Shown here piece after piece: positions 59,587-64,000 of a stretch of 64,000 nucleotides of DNA. The DNA lies in assembly GCA_002633005.1 (NCBI GenBank), contig NMRA01000001.1, forward strand, positions 4,271,180 through 4,335,179, in the 5' to 3' direction. The translations under genes and the position numbers were made by a program. Source of the stretch: Phoronis australis (lineage: Eukaryota; Animalia; Phoronida). Every line of letters starts with the position of its first letter. The first letter of the stretch is position 1. Under the pieces are notes generated by a model. That model did not search any database. It saw only the letters and a list, made by a program, of their open reading frames with translations, and was not told where the DNA came from.

Positions 59587-62493
59587 AGCCGATTTCATAA
59601 AGGTGGTTTAAAGTTAAACCTGGTTTAAACTGGACTTATACCAGGTTTAAAGATATTATGCATTTTATGTAGGTGGCTTAACTTTTAGACCAGTGGTCTA
59701 GCAAAACCTGATTTAACTCCAGTTTGAACCTGGTCTAAGTCAGTTTTCATTTCGCCGCTAACGAGGTCTATCATATTCTTCAGACCTGTATTAAGATCTT
59801 AAAACAGGTTTAACTTTAGACTTGGTCAGACCCAGGTTGAACTGCTAAATATGATAGACTTGCATGATATAGGTGCATAGGCGGATTTAGGGGGGGCAGG
59901 GGGCCCGNNNNNNNNNNNNNNNNNNNNNNNNNNNNNNNNNNNNNNNNNNNNNNNNNNNNNNNNNNNNNNNNNNNNNNNNNNNNNNNNNNNNNNNNNNNNN
60001 NNNNNNNNNNNNNNNNNNNNNNNNNNNNNNNNNNNNNNNNNNNNNNNNNNNNNNNNNNNNNNNNNNNNNNNNNNNNNNNNNNNNNNNNNNNNNNNNNNNN
60101 NNNNNNNNNNNNNNNNNNNNNNNNNNNNNNNNNNNNNNNNNNNNNNNNNNNNNNNNNNNNNNNNNNNNNNNNNNNNNNNNNNNNNNNNNNNNNNNNNNNN
60201 NNNNNNNNNNNNNNNNNNNNNNNNNNNNNNNNNNNNNNNNNNNNNNNNNNNNNNNNNNNNNNNNNNNNNNNNNNNNNNNNNNNNNNNNNNNNNNNNNNNN
60301 NNNNNNNNNNNNNNNNNNNNNNNNNNNNNNNNNNNNNNNNNNNNNNNNNNNNNNNNNNNNNNNNNNNNNNNNNNNNNNNNNNNNNNNNNNNNNNNNNNNN
60401 NNNNNNNNNNNNNNNNNNNNNNNNNNNNNNNNNNNNNNNNNNNNNNNNNNNNNNNNNNNNNNNNNNNNNNNNNNNNNNNNNNNNNNNNNNNNNNNNNNNN
60501 NNNNNNNNNNNNNNNNNNNNNNNNNNNNNNNNNNNNNNNNNNNNNNNNNNNNNNNNNNNNNNNNNNNNNNNNNNNNNNNNNNNNNNNNNNNNNNNNNNNN
60601 NNNNNNNNNNNNNNNNNNNNNNNNNNNNNNNNNNNNNNNNNNNNNNNNNNNNNNNNNNNNNNNNNNNNNNNNNNNNNNNNNNNNNNNNNNNNNCCCCCAT
60701 TCGGTGCTATGCGCATCTACAATCGTGGTTCAGTTTGCGCAAATGCTTACATCCGGACAAAATGTTGGGCTCCCCTTGTGATATCCTAGATCCGCCATTG
60801 AGGTGCAACTGAATGATGCTGCGGTGTGCATTTACGACGTAGTTTTAGAGAGAAAATGGACTATTTTCCGTATTCAGCTTTACGACGACACAAGATCAAA
60901 CGTAGCAGCGGCCGATCCACGATTTTTAAGGAAGGGGGTCGGTCAAAGTCTTTTTAAAGGGGGGTACCAAGTCAACAATTATAGATTTGATATCACTAAA
61001 ATCAAGGGGAAAGGGGGGTCCGGACCCGTTGACCCCCTTGGATCCGCCTATGCGTAAACCAGTACGTGCTGAACATTTGGTGTCCTGTGGATTCCTCAGC
61101 CCTGGTCGAGCAGGGCGTCATCGTCGTAAGCGCTACGGGTTTGACTGAAGACAGCATCTTCTAATTCTTCTGAGTTCCACCTCCATTGGTCTCCGATTTA
61201 AAGAGTTCCCACCATGCATTTTCTCACTTTTTCAGATTTCAGTTAGCTAATATGAATCGAATACCATAAAATCTTGCTAAATAGGCACTTTTTATGCCAA
61301 ATAGGTGCAACTTTTTTAATTTTGAAGAAAAATTACTTATTTCTAAGTTTCCCGCCAGATGATGCAATGGGTGGAAGACGGTTGGCCGCTTGACAATCAT
61401 TTTTAATGTCGGAACACTGCAGGTCATAAGACAATGACAATATTAGGCGAGAATTGGACAATTATTATGCACACTGTGAGGAGAGTGGATACGGGCACTT
61501 ATACTCAAGTACTTGAAGAATCTGACAATGAATTCGATTTCCCATTTAGCGAACTTTGGCGTCGGGTTTAGGCCGTATGAACTCGACCCACTTGCACGAG
61601 AAATGACATATGTGAGCCACAACCAACTCTACCAAGTGGTGGTCAATACTCACAAAATAGACACTTAATAATTACTGACAAAGGCCACAGCCAACCTGGG
61701 TTACTCGTATTCACTATTGCCGTGATGGAATGAGCACAGTCTTAACACAATATGCATAAGCCTACTTGTAGTAGCACTCGATCTGGGTCGGGGTCCAGGG
61801 CCTGGCATGACTCGCCCTAGAATGGAAGCACGCGGACTTTCTTCACAACTCCTCAATATCGCACTGGTAAAACAACAACGGCTGAGGCGGTCTTCCACCC
61901 ATTGCGTACAAACTCGATAACAGAAAAATATATTTTTAAAATTTTTAGATTGTTTCGTAGCAACAGGTGTTTTAACGGGTATTAAATCTGTTAAGATGTA
62001 ATAATAAAATTCCTTTTTGAGACACAGGGTCATGGTGGGAACTCTTTAATGTTGCCGGGAAGGGGTCTTGCCCCTCCCCCTTTGGCCGCGAAAAATAAAC
62101 ACTAAAATGACACGGAAATAAATTTGGACATTTATCATGTTGCGGCTAATCGTGAGCATGTACTTTAATGTGTGTACGTGTGTTGGGCACAAACATTACA
62201 TTTGTTCTCATGAGAAAAGCTTTTAGACCTTTTTCGCATATGTCTGCACTCGTTCTACTAGTCTGTGCCATTGTATACCCACGTGACCAAGGTTTCTTAG
62301 AAGCACTTCAATAGTTTCTTTGTTGGGTTAATCCAGATCGACACAGCAGGGTGGCTTGGATACTTTAAACCTGGTTTTACTAAACCCTGGTCTAACAAAA
62401 CCAACCTTTCACATTTTTAAACCACGTTGGTGAAATGCAAGTTAGGTCTAAAATTAGACCAGGTTTTGTTAAATCGCCTTTATGAAATCGGCT
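59587..62493. mobile_element. Harbinger-like MITE termini (AAACCTGG-rich), probably one element expanded by nested insertions and an assembly gap
   Basis: Perfect 17-bp inverted match AGCCGATTTCATAAAGG at 59587 and ending 62493. Internal TTAAACCTGG repeats at 59610-59830 and 62365-62470. No clean TSD. Confidence 0.45.
61430..61645 (-). mobile_element. Degenerate tRNA-derived SINE-like sequence
   Basis: Minus strand begins with A-box-like TGGTAGAGTTGG and B-box-like GAGTTCATAC at tRNA-like spacing. No intact cloverleaf. Confidence 0.35.
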
Positions 62494-62525
62494 GATATTG
62501 TCTAATTTCAGATTCCAGAAGCAAG

Positions 62526-63193
62526 ATGTTGTCCAGTTTGGTTATTCGGCGCTCACTGTCAACTGTCAGCAAGTCGGCGCCAATCGGTATTGTTGGTTTT
62601 GGCCAAGTTGGTTCAGCTGTGGCAAAAAACTTACTAAGGAATGGATATGCACTGACAGGAGTGCATGACATTAACCCGTCAGTTTTGACCAGCCTTCCGT
62701 CATCTGTGAAACGGTGCTCCAATCCTCGCGAAGTCGCTGAAGTTTCAGAAGTTACCGTCACTGCCTTGCCGGGGCCGCCCGAAGTAAAGCAGGCATTCTA
62801 TGGAGATGACGGTCTGTTGGCTGGCCTAAAGTCAGGAGATGTGTGGATTGAACATTCAACCACTGATTATGAACAGACATTAGAGTTTGCCGCAAAGGTT
62901 CAAGAAAAAGGGGCAGAGGCTCTTGAAGCGCCTGTGACTGGTGGCATGGCTCTTCTCAGACAAGGCAACATGACTATTCTAGCGGGTGGAAACGAAGAAA
63001 CGTACAAGAAATGTATTCCCATTTTAAAACAATGCGGTAAAAATCTAATCTATTTGGGCCCAATGGGATCGGCGACCATTACAAAGATCGTAACTAACAT
63101 GCTGGCGTCTACTAACACCGTTGCCATGGGAGAAGCTCTGATGATTGCCAAGCGAGCAGGAATCGATCTTAAATCTTACTGGGATGCAGTCCG
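62526..63193 (+). CDS. NAD(P)-dependent beta-hydroxyacid dehydrogenase (3-hydroxyisobutyrate dehydrogenase / 2-hydroxy-3-oxopropionate reductase family), first coding exon; gene continues downstream
   Basis: Rossmann motif IGIVGFGQVG, substrate motif EAPVTGG, catalytic Lys in TKIVTNML, EALMIAKRAGID. Arg/Ser-rich N-terminus resembles a mitochondrial presequence. Acceptor TTTCAG ends 62511, donor CG|GTATTT at 63193/63194. Confidence 0.9.
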
Positions 63194-63764
63194 GTATTTA
63201 CCATTTAGTTATTGCTTAACGTGTTTACTTTGATCACTGTAGGCTAACCTGTAAATATGTGTCTGGAATTACAGGGCTTGGAAACCAACTCTTATACAAC
63301 CGTACTCCTACAGCAAACAATTTTTAGTGCAAGTGGCCGAAGTACATTTCACTGATTCTAAGGGTTGTTTTTATGGTCGCTTGCTCTAAAATTGTCTGCA
63401 GCGAGTACCCGAATGTGGTTGGAGTTCAGGTTCCGTGGTAGAGATGCATTAGTGCGGTCTTTCCGTGTTTGGCAAGAATGGTTTCCTACCAATGAATTAA
63501 ACCGCTTATTTCCAATGTCATATGTTGAACCAAATGTTTTGGGTAGGCACAAGGCTATCTAATAGGTTGAAATCAAGTCTAAAATGGGTGTCTAAATCTG
63601 GAAAGTAGCCTTTACATAGCGTGTAGTTGGCTTGTGGTTTCCTTGTCGTTCTCGAAATTGTTCATCTTGAAGTAGGCCCTACACGTACTCAGGGGTTCTC
63701 CCGCTGGATGGGTTTGTAGGAATGCGGTTGAAACTCGGATGGGTATTTTGTATTAGGCTATCGG

Positions 63765-63985
63765 CTCTGGTGAGCATTTTGTCTTCAGGTATCGTCTCGG
63801 GTGGGTGTTTTGTCCTCCGATATCGTCTCGGGATATTTTGTCATCGGGTATCGTCTCGAGTGATGGGTATTCTTCCTCAACTATCTGTCTCGGGTGGGTA
63901 TTTTTCCTCTATTATCGTCTCGGATGGGTATTTTGTCCCCAGGTGTCATCTCTGGTGTGTATCTTATCCTCAGCTATCGTCTCCA
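63765..63985. repeat. Minisatellite, ~30-bp unit (TATCGTCTCGGGTGGGTATTTTGTCC)
   Basis: TATCGTCTC recurs about seven times. Confidence 0.8.
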
Positions 63986-64000
63986 TGGGCGGCGCACCTT

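Noticed and set aside
59816-60716. ORFs of 294-296 aa
   Set aside because: Artefacts of the large N gap.
61430-61645. Possible tRNA gene
   Set aside because: A/B boxes are degenerate and no cloverleaf can be folded; better read as a SINE head.

Overview
Repeat-rich, AT-rich invertebrate (metazoan) genomic DNA with spliced genes and several N gaps. I assembled four host genes by hand from GT-AG splice sites and intron phases. (1) The 3' part of a CEP170/CEP170B-family gene (+, 3058-9744; last exon not found). (2) A complete 4-exon SIVA1 gene (-, 13747-18718, 219 aa). (3) A complete 14-exon, ~930-aa divergent HIF-alpha-like bHLH-PAS gene (+, 19190-52186), head-to-head with SIVA1 across a 471-bp ETS-rich spacer. 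(4) The first coding exon of a beta-hydroxyacid (3-hydroxyisobutyrate-family) dehydrogenase (+, 62526-63193). Introns hold a full-length piggyBac with TTAA TSDs, a 3.6-kb TA-flanked TIR element, two P-like foldback elements, hAT/Harbinger/Kolobok-like MITEs, Helentron-like repeats and minisatellites. The most interesting object is the HIF-alpha-like protein: rewired basic region, a CxxCH motif in PAS-B, no canonical LxxLAP degron, a displaced C-TAD-like motif, four LxxLL boxes, and a frame-preserving cassette exon between inverted repeats. Family assignments come from recalled motifs, not database searches.
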